NCBI GenBank assembly: GCA_045629745.1
Contig: JAZQRU010000044.1
Location: 7,258-71,257 of the forward strand
Direction: 5' to 3'
Length of the DNA: 64,000 nt
Origin: Eubacteriales bacterium
GTDB taxonomy: Bacteria > Bacillota > Clostridia > Oscillospirales > CAG-272
Within the stretch, counting starts at the first letter, position 1, and every line of letters begins with the position of its first letter. Positions 39,901 to 49,371 of the stretch are shown in pieces. Under the pieces are notes generated by a model. It saw only the letters and a list, made by a program, of their open reading frames with translations, was not told the DNA's origin and ran no database searches. The position numbers were made by a program, and so were the translations under genes.

Positions 39901-40424
39901 TGCACCTCAAGATAGAAATCCTCTCCGAAAATTTCTTTCATTTCAAGGGCGCACTTTTCCGCCTCAGATATACTTCCTGCGAGGATAAGCTGAGGAATTT
40001 TACCTGCAACGCAGGCAGAAAGAGCTATAAGTCCCGCGTTGTGCGAGCGAATAAGCTCCATATCTATTCTCGGCTTCATATAGAAGCCGTTTATAAAGCT
40101 TTCGGATACCATATAACATAGATTTTTGTATCCTTCGGCATTTTTGCAAAGCAAAACGAGGTGATTTCCCGATGAATGCTGTTTTCCCTCTTTTATAAGT
40201 CTTGATTCGGGCGCAACGTACACCTCACATCCGATAATCGGCTTTACCCCCTTTGCTTTAAGGGCATTATAAAATTCTACCGCGCCGTACATTACACCGT
40301 GGTCGGTTATTGCAACGGCACTTTGGTTTTCCTTTATGGCCTTATCTGCTATTTCAGAGATTTTAGCGGCGCCGTCAAGTAAGCTGTATTCGGTGTGAAG
40401 ATGAAGATGTACAAAATCGCTCAT
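36945..40424 (-). CDS. dnaE: DNA polymerase III alpha subunit (DnaE type)
   Basis: 1159 aa. PHP domain start FVHLHLHTEYSLLDGA and the polymerase core PDFDIDF. Confidence 0.97.
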   Translation of the reverse strand: MSDFVHLHLHTEYSLLDGAAKISEIADKAIKENQSAVAITDHGVMYGAVEFYNALKAKGVKPIIGCEVYVAPESRLIKEGKQHSSGNHLVLLCKNAEGYKNLCYMVSESFINGFYMKPRIDMELIRSHNAGLIALSACVAGKIPQLILAGSISEAEKCALEMKEIFGEDFYLEVQNHGLEEERKVAYGIKLISEKYGIPMVATNDVHYIEKRDSDTQAILMCIQTNNVITDGKPFGFETDEFYFKSSAEMEALFAPFKGAVENTVKIAEKCNFDFEFDKLHLPTFTPEDGLSHKEKLRKDAFAGFDLIAKSGKFDFSRNSESVYLDRMEYELSVIDKMGFNAYYLIVADFVSYAKKSGIPVGPGRGSGAGSLVAFCVGITDVDPIAFDLLFERFLNPERVSMPDFDIDFCYNRREEVIEYVKRKYGDDKVAQIVTFGTLAARAVVRDVGRALGMPYGRVDTIAKLIPREMNVNIESALKVRELREIYDTDNEVRRLLDISKKLEGMPRHASTHAAGVVMTEKPTWEYVPLSYSGTGVVTQFDMNTDAKLGLVKFDFLGLRYLTVIDDAERAVREKNPDFSISKVPFDDKKTFELLCEAKTDGVFQLESGGMKQVLSKLSPSNLEDIIACIALYRPGPMDSIDSFIARKHGRESVEYKIPVLKDILDVTYGCIVYQEQVMQISRALAGYSFAKADILRRAMSKKNTSVMLAEREGFVEGCLSGGVTRENAEEVFEEMVGFAKYAFNKSHATAYGIISYRTAYLKAHYPAEYFSALLTSVLDSTQKLREYIADAGRHGVNVLPPDINSSKSDFSVCSGNIRYGLLAIKNVGRNFAKSVVIERENGGKYTSFEDFVKRLAAFDMNKRTLESLIKCGVFDSFGITRSALLASYEAILSSEQDKLRNNVSGQLDLFSFGGSSLRVEGYKYPDTPEFSLKELLLFEKEASGMYFSGHMIDSYTKHIASFHIDKISAILADFGEENVASAATYKDKQKVACAGIITSKKTKALKNGDTMAFITLEDKFAEIEIVVFAKQYARFVDEIFEENAVYLEGNISEEEGEAPKILLSNLIPLKSNSDMQNREEPKKAPSEATIYIKIDGFDDKRIANITRMALLNSGKTNIVVYDVRTKKYNAMKDIKINSSDAVIGRLRKIFGDDAVVLR

Positions 40425-40443
40425 AGCAAAAGGCCTCCTTGTT

Positions 40444-41316
40444 TTATTTTTTCAAAAGTGTCTGGCTTAATTCTATTATTTTGTTGAGTCGGTGAGAAAG
40501 TCCCGACTTCGATATTGGCGGAACGGAAATTTTCGAGAGCGCTGAAAGCGACAGGTCCTTGTGCTCAAGCCTTAATTTCGCGGTTTTTTCAAGCTCCTCG
40601 GTGAGCGAGGATAAAAGACCGCGGTTTGCAAGCTTTTCTATTGCTACTATCTGCTCGTGAGATGCAGCTACGAGCTTGCCGATATTATTGGTTTCGCAAT
40701 TGGCGACTCGCTTTACGTTATTTCTTATTTCCTTTTCGATTTTCGCATTTATAACGTGAAATGCGGTTCCGTTCATTCCGGCAAGCGCGAAAAAGTCCTC
40801 AAGAAGCGAGCTTTTTTTCATATACAGTATTTTTTCTTTTCCGCGCTCGGAAAATTTTACGGGAAGTCCGAGCTTTTCAAAAAACTCCGCGAAAAATTCG
40901 TGATTATTCAGAGAAAACTCAAGCAAATATTGTTTTTTGGGATCGGTAACTCTTCCCGAGGCGAAAAAAACACCCTTCAAAAAATGATTTATGCAAAATT
41001 TGCATCCGTTTGGAAACGGCTCTCTTTGAATTTTAAACCCCTCAACATATTTTATAGCAGAGGGAGCGCGGAATGAGAGAATTTTTACTCTTCCGCCAAC
41101 CTTAAGACATGATACTTCAGTTGTCTTTCCATAAATATCCATAACGAGCTTCGATATAAAATCAATCGATTCATCGGAAAAAGCGTTTATTTTGATAATA
41201 CCGCCGTCAATTGTTGCTTTTGATGCCAAAATTCCCGAAAGAAATGCCATTTTACAGCAAGCGCTTTTAATCGGCTGATTTATAATCTCATTTTTTTCCT
41301 GAAGTGAAAACGACAC
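40444..41316 (-). CDS. whiA: DNA-binding protein WhiA
   Basis: 290 aa. A LAGLIDADG-derived N-domain (AFLSGILA) and a C-terminal HTH (GLSHRLNKI). Confidence 0.88.
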   Translation of the reverse strand: MSFSLQEKNEIINQPIKSACCKMAFLSGILASKATIDGGIIKINAFSDESIDFISKLVMDIYGKTTEVSCLKVGGRVKILSFRAPSAIKYVEGFKIQREPFPNGCKFCINHFLKGVFFASGRVTDPKKQYLLEFSLNNHEFFAEFFEKLGLPVKFSERGKEKILYMKKSSLLEDFFALAGMNGTAFHVINAKIEKEIRNNVKRVANCETNNIGKLVAASHEQIVAIEKLANRGLLSSLTEELEKTAKLRLEHKDLSLSALSKISVPPISKSGLSHRLNKIIELSQTLLKK

Positions 41317-41324
41317 GAAAGCTC

Positions 41325-42221
41325 CTATCCGAGAAATTCTATTTCCTCTTTCGGTTCAAAACCGTATTTTTTAAGTATTTCCTTTTTGATAAGCTCGATA
41401 AGCTCCAAAACGTCACGCGATGTGGCTTTTCCGCGGTTTATTATAAATCCCGCGTGTTTTTTTGAAATTTGCGCTCCGCCTACCTTAACCCCCTTAAGCC
41501 CTGCTTCGTCAATAAGACGGGATACCGGTTTTCCGTTTTCCCTTTTAAAGATACTTCCAAGACTTGGAAAAGCAAGTGGCTGGGAGTTCTTGCGCTTGTC
41601 AACCGCTTTGCGAATTTTATGCATTACGTCACTGTAATTGCACGGAACGAAAGCTATTGCAAGCGATAGCGCAACGTAGCTCTTCTCACAAAAAATACTG
41701 CTTCTGTAAGCAAGCTTCAGGGCGTGATTGTCAAGAATTAAAATTTTTCTATCGCGTGGAGAATATACCCTTGCATAGAGTATTGCCCTTGATAAGTCGA
41801 AATTGCCCGCCCCACCGTTGTTATGAAGAAGTCCCCCGAGAGTACCCGGTATTCCGAAAAGCTCTTCAAGACCGCCTAGATTTTCTTTCGCGGCAGAAAA
41901 GAGTAAGGAATTTACGAGAGTTCCTGCCGCTGCGTGAGCAACGCTTCCGCAAAACTCCACCCCCGAGAAAAGCTTAGTTGATACGATAACTCCGCGAAAC
42001 CCATCGTCACTTGCTAAAATATTCGTCATTTTTCCCGTAATTTTATAGGGCACGGAATTTGACTCAAGAAAATCAAGCGTTAGGGTAAGCTCACGCTCGG
42101 TTTTGGGGTAGGCTACGATATCGGCAGGTCCTCCGATTTTTATAGATGATATGTCTGATATTTTAAGATTCCTTTTGTAATTAACGTCGTGTTTCTTCAA
42201 AAAATAGGATACACGGTACAA
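41325..42221 (-). CDS. murB: UDP-N-acetylenolpyruvoylglucosamine reductase
   Basis: 298 aa. FAD-binding IKIGGPAD..., GGAGN, SLGSIFK and GGAQISKKHAGFIIN. Confidence 0.93.
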   Translation of the reverse strand: MYRVSYFLKKHDVNYKRNLKISDISSIKIGGPADIVAYPKTERELTLTLDFLESNSVPYKITGKMTNILASDDGFRGVIVSTKLFSGVEFCGSVAHAAAGTLVNSLLFSAAKENLGGLEELFGIPGTLGGLLHNNGGAGNFDLSRAILYARVYSPRDRKILILDNHALKLAYRSSIFCEKSYVALSLAIAFVPCNYSDVMHKIRKAVDKRKNSQPLAFPSLGSIFKRENGKPVSRLIDEAGLKGVKVGGAQISKKHAGFIINRGKATSRDVLELIELIKKEILKKYGFEPKEEIEFLG

Positions 42222-42225
42222 AATA

Positions 42226-43917
42226 TCAATAATTCTCTCTTTCTTCGAGCATATCTATTGCGGCGCGTCTTTGCGATTCGGTAACGTCAATACCTCCGAG
42301 TATTCTTGAAAGCTCAGAAACCCTGCCCACGTAATCAAGCAAGGTAACGCTCGTTGCGGTTTCGCCCGAGACGTCGCTTTTGGATATAAGATAATGTCCG
42401 TTTGCAAGGGATGCAATCTGGGCACTGTGCGTAACGGAAAAAATTTGCGAGGATTTTGAAAGCTCCAACATTTTTATGCCAATTTTTCTTGCGGTTTTAC
42501 CCGAAACGCCCGAGTCGATTTCATCAAAAATCAATGTTGAAATGCTATCTTTATCCGCAATAACACTCTTAAGCGCGAGCATTACTCGGGCAAGCTCACC
42601 GCCCGAAGCTATTTTTGCAAGAGACTTTGCATCTGCGCCTCTGTTGGGGCTTATGAAAAATTCAACCGTATCGCTTCCGTTTTTATTGAGAAGCTTTTTG
42701 GCATTCTTAATTTCTTCTTTTATAGAGGTAAAGAACACCACATTAGGCATATCCAAAAATTCGAGAGTTTTCTTTACCTTTTCTTCAATGGTTTTCGCAG
42801 AAGATACGCGCCTTTCGTGTAAAGCTTCTGCAAGAGCGAGTGCTTCTTTATAAAAATTTCTTTCGCGCTCTAAAAGCTTTTCCATAAGACTGTCGCTATT
42901 GCGAAGCCCGTCAAGCTCCGCAGCGCTTTTCTCACGGAATTCAAGAATATCCTTTACCGTCAAGCCGTATTTTCTTTTGAGCTTTGAAATTTTATCAAGA
43001 CGAGATTCAATCCTATTTAAGCTTTCCCCGGGATCTTCTTCCATATCCGCGATAACAGCGTAAACCTCTTCCGAGATATCGTTAACCTGATAAAGAATAT
43101 CGCGAAGCTTCTCGGAATACTCGGAAAACTCAGGCACTACGTCTGAAATCTGCTCGAGAGCAGAAATGCTCCTGTCGAGCAGGAAGGAAACACTGCCCTT
43201 TTCGCTTCCCTTCAAGGCTTTGAAGGCGAAGCCTGCGTTTTTGCTTATTTTTTCGCTGTTTTTGATTTTCAGTTTTTTATCGATAAGCTCCTCTTCTTCG
43301 CCGTCCTTGAGCGAAAACGAATCGATATCCGCTATCTGATATTCAAGGATTTCAATGAGTCTTTCTCTTTCGCTCTCCTTTTCAGAAAGCTCCTTGATTT
43401 CCCCTCTTACGTCGGTAAGAGCCTTATATTTTTCCGAATATTCAAGAAGCAAATCACCGTTTTCCGCATACAAATCCAAAAGCTCAAGCTGCTTTTCGGC
43501 ATCCGTCAAGGCGAGTGTATCGGTTTGCCCGTGGATAGTTACGAGCGAGGCGGTTACACTCTTGAGCACCGCAAGACTGACGCTTCTTCCGTTTATCTTT
43601 ATCTGAGAGCGTCCGTCATCGTTTATGGTTCTCTGAACGAGAACGTTTCCCTCTTCGTCAGGCGAAATTCCGCATTCCGAAAGTGTTTTGAGAGCAGGTG
43701 CGCGAAGTCCACCGAAAAGGCCGCTTACCATTGCTGTAGATTCGCCGCTTCTTATAAGCTCGCGCTCTGCTTTTTTGCCGAGCAAGAGGTTTATACTGTC
43801 AATAATAATCGATTTTCCCGCGCCCGTTTCTCCCGTAAGAGCCATAAAGCCCGAGGAAAAATCTATATCAACGCTTTTTATTACCGCAATATTTTCAATA
43901 TGCAAGGAAAATAGCAT
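42226..43917 (-). CDS. recN: DNA repair protein RecN
   Basis: 563 aa. Walker A GETGAGKSIIIDS, a long coiled coil, and the signature SGGELAR. Confidence 0.95.
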   Translation of the reverse strand: MLFSLHIENIAVIKSVDIDFSSGFMALTGETGAGKSIIIDSINLLLGKKAERELIRSGESTAMVSGLFGGLRAPALKTLSECGISPDEEGNVLVQRTINDDGRSQIKINGRSVSLAVLKSVTASLVTIHGQTDTLALTDAEKQLELLDLYAENGDLLLEYSEKYKALTDVRGEIKELSEKESERERLIEILEYQIADIDSFSLKDGEEEELIDKKLKIKNSEKISKNAGFAFKALKGSEKGSVSFLLDRSISALEQISDVVPEFSEYSEKLRDILYQVNDISEEVYAVIADMEEDPGESLNRIESRLDKISKLKRKYGLTVKDILEFREKSAAELDGLRNSDSLMEKLLERERNFYKEALALAEALHERRVSSAKTIEEKVKKTLEFLDMPNVVFFTSIKEEIKNAKKLLNKNGSDTVEFFISPNRGADAKSLAKIASGGELARVMLALKSVIADKDSISTLIFDEIDSGVSGKTARKIGIKMLELSKSSQIFSVTHSAQIASLANGHYLISKSDVSGETATSVTLLDYVGRVSELSRILGGIDVTESQRRAAIDMLEERENY

Positions 43918-43932
43918 TTTTTCCCTCCGTCT

Positions 43933-44382
43933 TTATAATTCAAAGGCTGTTTTAAGTATGTTTTCAACGATTAGAGACGATTCGTTATCCTTCATAACGA
44001 GAAGAAGTGTATCGTCGCCCGCGACGCTTCCGACTATGTGAGGATGGTCAAGAGAATCTATCCCCACGGCTACTGCGTTAGCCATTCCCGGAGTTGTCTT
44101 AACGACTACGAGATTCTGCGCAGATTCAACGCTGATAACGGAGTCCGAAATTGCGTTTTTCATAACGCCGCCCTCACTTTTTCTTGCTTTCGGGGCAATA
44201 TATTTATATTCGCCGTCAGAAGAAAAGCCCTTTATAAGTCCCATCTGGCGAATATCTCTTGAAATCGTCGTCTGCGTTGCGTAAATTCCCTCTTGGGTAA
44301 GCTTTTCTATAAGCTCTTCCTGGGTGGATACATTGAATTTTCCTATAATTTCAAGTATTTTTTCCTGTCTTGCACTTTTCAT
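43933..44382 (-). CDS. argR: Arginine repressor
   Basis: 149 aa. A winged-helix N-terminus (QTTISRDI) and the oligomerisation motif GTVAGDDT-like GSVAGDDTLL. Confidence 0.92.
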   Translation of the reverse strand: MKSARQEKILEIIGKFNVSTQEELIEKLTQEGIYATQTTISRDIRQMGLIKGFSSDGEYKYIAPKARKSEGGVMKNAISDSVISVESAQNLVVVKTTPGMANAVAVGIDSLDHPHIVGSVAGDDTLLLVMKDNESSLIVENILKTAFEL

Positions 44383-45236
44383 TTTATATCCTCCAGATTT
44401 CTCATTTTCTTAAAGAGAGCCGAGAAATTATTATTTTGATTAAAGCTTAACATTTTCAAGGTTTTTTCCGACGTTCTGACTAAGCATTCTTCGTCAGTAT
44501 TTAATGCCGCAAAAAGTCTTCCGTCAACGCTTATTTTGAGCTCGGTTTCCGAGCTGTTTTTAATTTTCAATTTATCTCTAGGACTAAAAATTATTGAGCG
44601 ATTAAAAAAGGAGTGAGGCGCTATCGGCGTTACGAGAATTGAATTTATCCCGTGAGCTACGATAGGACCGCCTGCTGAAAGCGAATATGCCGTTGAGCCG
44701 ACGGGAGTTGAAAAAATCATACCGTCTGCGCGATAACGCACGCACTCGCCGTCGCTTTTTTCAAGCTTGAAATCGGCAATGCCGAGGAAGGTATCGTGAG
44801 AAATTATAATATCGTTTACCGCAAGGCGCTCCGAGGTGAAAATCTCACCGTTTGATATGCGTGAAACCTCGAGAAGCATTTTGTCCTCTACCGCGTATTC
44901 TCCGCTAAAGAGCCTGTTAAGCAAACCGATATTATCAATGTCAAGCTCCGCAAGGTAACCGAGCTTTCCGAGGTTGACACCGAGTATGGGAAGCTCCTTT
45001 TCTATTGCAAAAACCGAAGCGTCAAGCACAGAGCCGTCACCGCCTATAACTACTATCAGCTCTATATTATCGGGGATTTTTGAAACGGGCTCAGCATTGT
45101 TTGAAAGTGTTGTTTCATACCTATCCTCTATGTAAACGGCGGCGCCTCCGCTTGCAAGTATTTTTGCAACGCGAGCACTGACTTCTAAATCCTTATCCTT
45201 ATTTTTGTTCGGGATTATCAGTATTTTTTTCATCAT
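44379..45236 (-). CDS. nadK: NAD kinase
   Basis: GGDGS motif (VIGGDGSVL) and the NAD kinase C-domain. I place the start at ATG 45236 or 45233; the longer track ORF runs back into tlyA. Confidence 0.9.
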   Translation of the reverse strand: MMKKILIIPNKNKDKDLEVSARVAKILASGGAAVYIEDRYETTLSNNAEPVSKIPDNIELIVVIGGDGSVLDASVFAIEKELPILGVNLGKLGYLAELDIDNIGLLNRLFSGEYAVEDKMLLEVSRISNGEIFTSERLAVNDIIISHDTFLGIADFKLEKSDGECVRYRADGMIFSTPVGSTAYSLSAGGPIVAHGINSILVTPIAPHSFFNRSIIFSPRDKLKIKNSSETELKISVDGRLFAALNTDEECLVRTSEKTLKMLSFNQNNNFSALFKKMRNLEDIK

Positions 45237-45975
45237 AAATCTCTTTTCCGTTTTTCTTAAAGTGAACGAGAAATTCCTTGTTACCGTCGCCGCCCAAAAT
45301 TGGAGAGTCGGTATAAGATATATATTCAAATCCTACGGTTTTTGCGAATTCTATTACTTTATTAAGCGCCATTTCCCTGTGTTTTTCGATTTTTACTATG
45401 CCGCCCTTGCCAAGAAGCGCGCGCCCAACCTCAAATTGAGGCTTGACAAGGCATATAAAATCGGATTTTTGCGACAGCACTTCAAAAATTGCAGGAACTA
45501 TGTAGGTCGCGGAAATAAACGAAACGTCCATTAGCGCAAAGCTTGGCGTAAATTCAAAGTCACTTTTCGTCATATATCTTGCATTGAAGTTTTCACGGAC
45601 TGTAACGCGCTCGTCACACCTGAGACTCATATCGAGCTGCATTGTGCCCGAATCCACGGCAATGACGTGCGCAGCTCCGTTTTGCAAAAGGCAGTCCGTG
45701 AAGCCGCCGCTTGATGCGCCAACATCAATACAAAGCTTTCCGCTTGGCGAAGCGTCAAAAGCTTTGAGCGCGCCTTCAAGCTTATAGCCGCCGCGGCTTA
45801 CGTATTTTGAAGCTTCTTTTGTAATTTCTATTTGAGCGTCACCCTCTGTTTCAAGCGAGGGCTTCGTTACGATCTTGCCCGAAATTTTTACAGCGCCGTC
45901 TGTTATAAGATTTTTAGCTTCGGTACGGCTTTTTGCATAGCCGTTTTCGGCAAGATATAAATCAAGCCTCATCAT
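45199..45975 (-). CDS. tlyA: TlyA family 16S/23S rRNA (cytidine-2'-O)-methyltransferase
   Basis: 258 aa. An S4 domain (RLDLYLAENGYAKSRTEA) and the FtsJ-like motif DVGASSGGFTD. Confidence 0.9.
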   Translation of the reverse strand: MMRLDLYLAENGYAKSRTEAKNLITDGAVKISGKIVTKPSLETEGDAQIEITKEASKYVSRGGYKLEGALKAFDASPSGKLCIDVGASSGGFTDCLLQNGAAHVIAVDSGTMQLDMSLRCDERVTVRENFNARYMTKSDFEFTPSFALMDVSFISATYIVPAIFEVLSQKSDFICLVKPQFEVGRALLGKGGIVKIEKHREMALNKVIEFAKTVGFEYISYTDSPILGGDGNKEFLVHFKKNGKEIYDEKNTDNPEQK

Positions 45976-46195
45976 TTATAAAAGGCGCGTCGGTGACGGA
46001 GCCGTCCTCGTTTTCTGTAAGAATTCTTACCTTTTGCTCTGCCATGTCAAGCTTTTCGTTACAGAGCTTGATAAGAGCAACGCCCTCTTCAAAAAGCGAC
46101 AAGGAGTCGTCAAGCGGAACCGAGCCCGATTCAAGCTTTGATACTATCACGTCAAGCTTTTCTATTGCTTCTTCAAATTTTATATTCTTATCCAT
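45962..46195 (-). CDS. xseB: Exodeoxyribonuclease VII small subunit
   Basis: 77 aa. FEEAIEKLDVIVSKLESG. Overlaps xseA. Confidence 0.92.
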   Translation of the reverse strand: MDKNIKFEEAIEKLDVIVSKLESGSVPLDDSLSLFEEGVALIKLCNEKLDMAEQKVRILTENEDGSVTDAPFINDEA

Positions 46196-47426
46196 TGGTA
46201 AAACCTCTTTTTATTTTTTCGACTTTTCCCGTAAGCGTTCCGTCTTTTAAGCGGAGCTTGATGCTATCGCCCTCTTTTATACCGTCAACGCTTCTTATAA
46301 TCCCCTTTTCAGTTTCGGGAATCGCGTAACCTCTTGAAAGAACGGCAAGCGGACTTAAAGCATTAAGCTTTTCCGCGTAAATTTTGAAGGCGTTTTTCTT
46401 ATCCTTGATATTCGTCTTGGTATTCTCCGAAAGCTTTTTGGAAAGAGATACAAGATTTTCGCGTCTTTCAGCGGTGATTTTTTCGCCGCACTCGGCAAGG
46501 TCCGAAGAAAGCTTCGAGAATTTTTCCCTTTTTCTTTCTGAAAGGCACACAAGGGCAAGCGAAATACGTTCTTCCGCACCCGAAAGCATCAAAAGAAGCT
46601 CTCTTATATCGGGCGTGGCAAGCTCTGCAGCGGCAGACGGTGTGGGAGCGCGAAAATCGGATACAAAATCACATATCGTGAAGTCCGTTTCGTGACCTAC
46701 CGCGGAAATTATCGGAATTTTCGTTTCATAAATTTTTCTTGCGAGCTTTTCACTGTTAAATGCCCAAAGGTCCTCTATTGAGCCACCGCCTCTGCCTATG
46801 ATTACCGTATCAACAAGCTTTGTTTTATCAAAATAGTCAAGCGCTTTAATAAGATTTTCCTCTGCTCCGTCACCTTGAACGAGCGAGGGGTAGATGTATA
46901 TTTTTGCGAGAGGATAACGGCGCGCGCAGACGTTAATGATATCTCTTACAGCAGCTCCAGTCGGAGAGGTTATAACACCGATTTTCTCGGGAAATTCAGG
47001 TATCGGACGCTTTGCGGTGGGCAAAAACAAGCCTTCTCTATCAAGCTTTGCTTTTAATTGCTCGTAAGCAAGATACAAAGCTCCGACACCGTCAGGCTGT
47101 AAAGAATTTACGTAAAACTGATAAGAACCGTCGCGCGTGTAGGCGGAAACCGAGCCGTGCACGATAACCTTCATACCGTTTTCCGGTACAAACTTAAGTC
47201 TTGCCGCCGAGGAACGAAACGTCACACACTTTATTTGCGAATCACTATCCTTGAGTGAAAAATAAAGATGCCCACTTCTATGGAACGTGAAATTTGATAT
47301 TTCGCCCTTGACGGTAACAGAGGACAAGGCTCTTGTTGAGTCGAAAATATTTTTGATAAATTCATTAAGCTCGGCAACCGTCATTGCGGCAGGCGCGGAG
47401 CGCTCACGAAGAGCCGAAATATCCAT
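46188..47426 (-). CDS. xseA: Exodeoxyribonuclease VII large subunit
   Basis: 412 aa. OB-fold N-terminus (VKGEISNF...SGHLYFSLKD) and GRGGGSIEDLWAFN. Confidence 0.95.
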   Translation of the reverse strand: MDISALRERSAPAAMTVAELNEFIKNIFDSTRALSSVTVKGEISNFTFHRSGHLYFSLKDSDSQIKCVTFRSSAARLKFVPENGMKVIVHGSVSAYTRDGSYQFYVNSLQPDGVGALYLAYEQLKAKLDREGLFLPTAKRPIPEFPEKIGVITSPTGAAVRDIINVCARRYPLAKIYIYPSLVQGDGAEENLIKALDYFDKTKLVDTVIIGRGGGSIEDLWAFNSEKLARKIYETKIPIISAVGHETDFTICDFVSDFRAPTPSAAAELATPDIRELLLMLSGAEERISLALVCLSERKREKFSKLSSDLAECGEKITAERRENLVSLSKKLSENTKTNIKDKKNAFKIYAEKLNALSPLAVLSRGYAIPETEKGIIRSVDGIKEGDSIKLRLKDGTLTGKVEKIKRGFTNG

Positions 47427-48385
47427 TACTTACTCCCTTTCAGTTTTTTATAGCTTCTTCGCGCAAGCTCCGCGATTCCGACGGCATTATCCGCAGAAAA
47501 CGACGGAAGTGCGAAATGCGCGTTAAATTTTGATTTTAGCCTTTCGCGTATTATGGAGTTTGACATAACACCGCCCGCAAAAAGAAATTCGCTCTCACCG
47601 AATTTTTGAATATACGCTTCGGCAAGACTTGACATTCCCTTTTCCACGTAATCAAGGACAAAAGCCGCGGTAAGCGATTTATCGTTCGTTTCTTCAAAAA
47701 GCTTTCGAGCCATATTTTCAAGCCCCGAAAGATTGATTTTCATATCGTAAAGCTTAGGCTTTTTCGCGGGAAGCTTTTTCGTATTTGTTTTTGCAAGCTC
47801 CTCAAGATAGACACCAGACGGAAAAGGTATGCCGAGATAAGCTCCTATACGGTCTATCACCTGCCCTGCGTTAAGGTCTGCCGTGCCGCCTATAAGCTCT
47901 GCGCAAAATTCCGTACCCGAAAAGCTCACCCTTAACATTTCGGTAGTTCCGCCCGAAACGTGAAAGGCGGCAAAGCTCTTATCGAGTAAGTGATAAGCTC
48001 CCGAGGAATAAATCGCCGCCATAATATGTCCGCACTGGTGCGAAAATTTATAAAGCGGCACATCAAGGCTTGCCGATACGGATTCCGCAACTGAAACACC
48101 CGAAAGAAAGCACGGCATATAAGAGCCGTCTAAGTTTCTCGGGCGCATGCTTACGCCTATTGCAACGGGCGTCTTCCCCGAGATAAAGCTTCTCGCCTCC
48201 GCCATTATATCGGGAATGTTTTTGATATGGGCAAAAACCGCATCAGACTGGCGAAGACCGCGCTCTCCCGTCTTTACGGGCAAGGGGCGTTTGAGATTGG
48301 CGATAAGCTCGCCGTCTTCATACACAATCCCGAGCGACGTCGTGTAATTGCTCGTGTCTATGCCCATTATAATTTTTTTCGTCAT
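47426..48385 (-). CDS. TsaD/Kae1-like (peptidase M22, ASKHA fold) paralogue of unknown role
   Basis: 319 aa. GIDTSNYTTSLG (compare ETSCDETA in TsaD) and the His pair HQCGH. Its start and stop overlap nusB and xseA by 4 nt and 1 nt. Confidence 0.7.
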   Translation of the reverse strand: MTKKIIMGIDTSNYTTSLGIVYEDGELIANLKRPLPVKTGERGLRQSDAVFAHIKNIPDIMAEARSFISGKTPVAIGVSMRPRNLDGSYMPCFLSGVSVAESVSASLDVPLYKFSHQCGHIMAAIYSSGAYHLLDKSFAAFHVSGGTTEMLRVSFSGTEFCAELIGGTADLNAGQVIDRIGAYLGIPFPSGVYLEELAKTNTKKLPAKKPKLYDMKINLSGLENMARKLFEETNDKSLTAAFVLDYVEKGMSSLAEAYIQKFGESEFLFAGGVMSNSIIRERLKSKFNAHFALPSFSADNAVGIAELARRSYKKLKGSK

Positions 48386-48783
48386 TTTTTGTTAAGCTCT
48401 TCCGCTACCGCGTTTGCAACGCCGTTTACGAACATATATGCTTTATCGTCATCAAACTTTTTGGAAAGCTCAATAGCCTCGTTTATGGATACCTTTGTGG
48501 GAATATCCTCAATAAAAGACATTTCATAGCAAGCCAGCGCAAGAATTGCGCGTGAAACTATTGAAACTCTCTCTTTTTTCCATTTTAGAAGACATTTATC
48601 TATGCATTCGTCAATGAACTTTTTGTTTTCCGAAACACCGAAGAAAACCTTTTTCACGTAATCGTCAACTAGAAGCTCACGGTCAAGCGCTTTTTCAAAG
48701 ATTTCAGTTGCGGTTTCGTCTTTTTTGCACTCCGCTTCAAACAAAAGTATAAATGCGTTTTCTCTTGCTGTCTTTCTGTTCAT
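48382..48783 (-). CDS. nusB: Transcription antitermination factor NusB
   Basis: RKTARENAFILLFE.... I place the start at ATG 48783 (AAAGGA RBS); the track start at 48864 is an upstream artefact. Confidence 0.9.
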   Translation of the reverse strand: MNRKTARENAFILLFEAECKKDETATEIFEKALDRELLVDDYVKKVFFGVSENKKFIDECIDKCLLKWKKERVSIVSRAILALACYEMSFIEDIPTKVSINEAIELSKKFDDDKAYMFVNGVANAVAEELNKK

Positions 48784-48963
48784 ATTAAAATTCCTTTTTC
48801 TCTCGCGAGCGAGCATAAATTTATATATAATAATTATAATGTATATTTTTAACGATGTCAACACGAATGAATAAAATTTGCATTTTTATTCATATAAATT
48901 TTTTAATTAAGGCTTATTTTCGTAAATCACTTGTAATTGACGGTGTAATGCCTTATATTTTAA

Positions 48964-49260
48964 GTGTCAAATAAATCAACAAAAGGTGCGCGTTTTATAA
49001 ATATTATCACCACAACACTTAACCACACATTCGATATTCATTGCTTCAGCGGAAATTTCCGCCAGTTTCACGAAAATTTTGTGAAAATCACGTCAAAATC
49101 CACCGGCGGAAAAGGAATAAACGTTTCTCGCGCACTTGCAAAAATTAACGATATCGTTGCGGATAAGCTCGATAAAAACGCGGTAGTCGTCTTTGCGGGC
49201 AGTATAGCCGAAGAGAGCCGTTATTTTTTGGTGCGGGAGCATTCGCAGAATATTGCGTGA
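48964..49260 (+). pseudogene. Relic of a PfkB-family 1-phosphofructokinase (fruK/lacC-like)
   Basis: 98-aa GTG-initiated ORF. TTTLNHTFD...STGGKGINVSRALAKI matches the N-terminal ~55 residues of FruK-type kinases. It then jumps to a VVVFAGS block and ends. Intact members are about 300 aa. Confidence 0.6.
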
Positions 49261-49308
49261 CTCGCCGTGTCGTCCGCTGAGTAACAAGCAGGACTTTCAA
49301 GTCCTATG

Positions 49309-49343
49309 AATAGGAAAATAACTCGAAAAGTTATTTTCCTATT
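49309..49343. repeat. Perfect 14-bp inverted repeat (hairpin)
   Basis: AATAGGAAAATAAC, 7-nt loop, GTTATTTTCCTATT. No adjoining U-tract on either strand. Confidence 0.9.
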
Positions 49344-49371
49344 CTATTCCGCACCTTATACTATAGAATCG

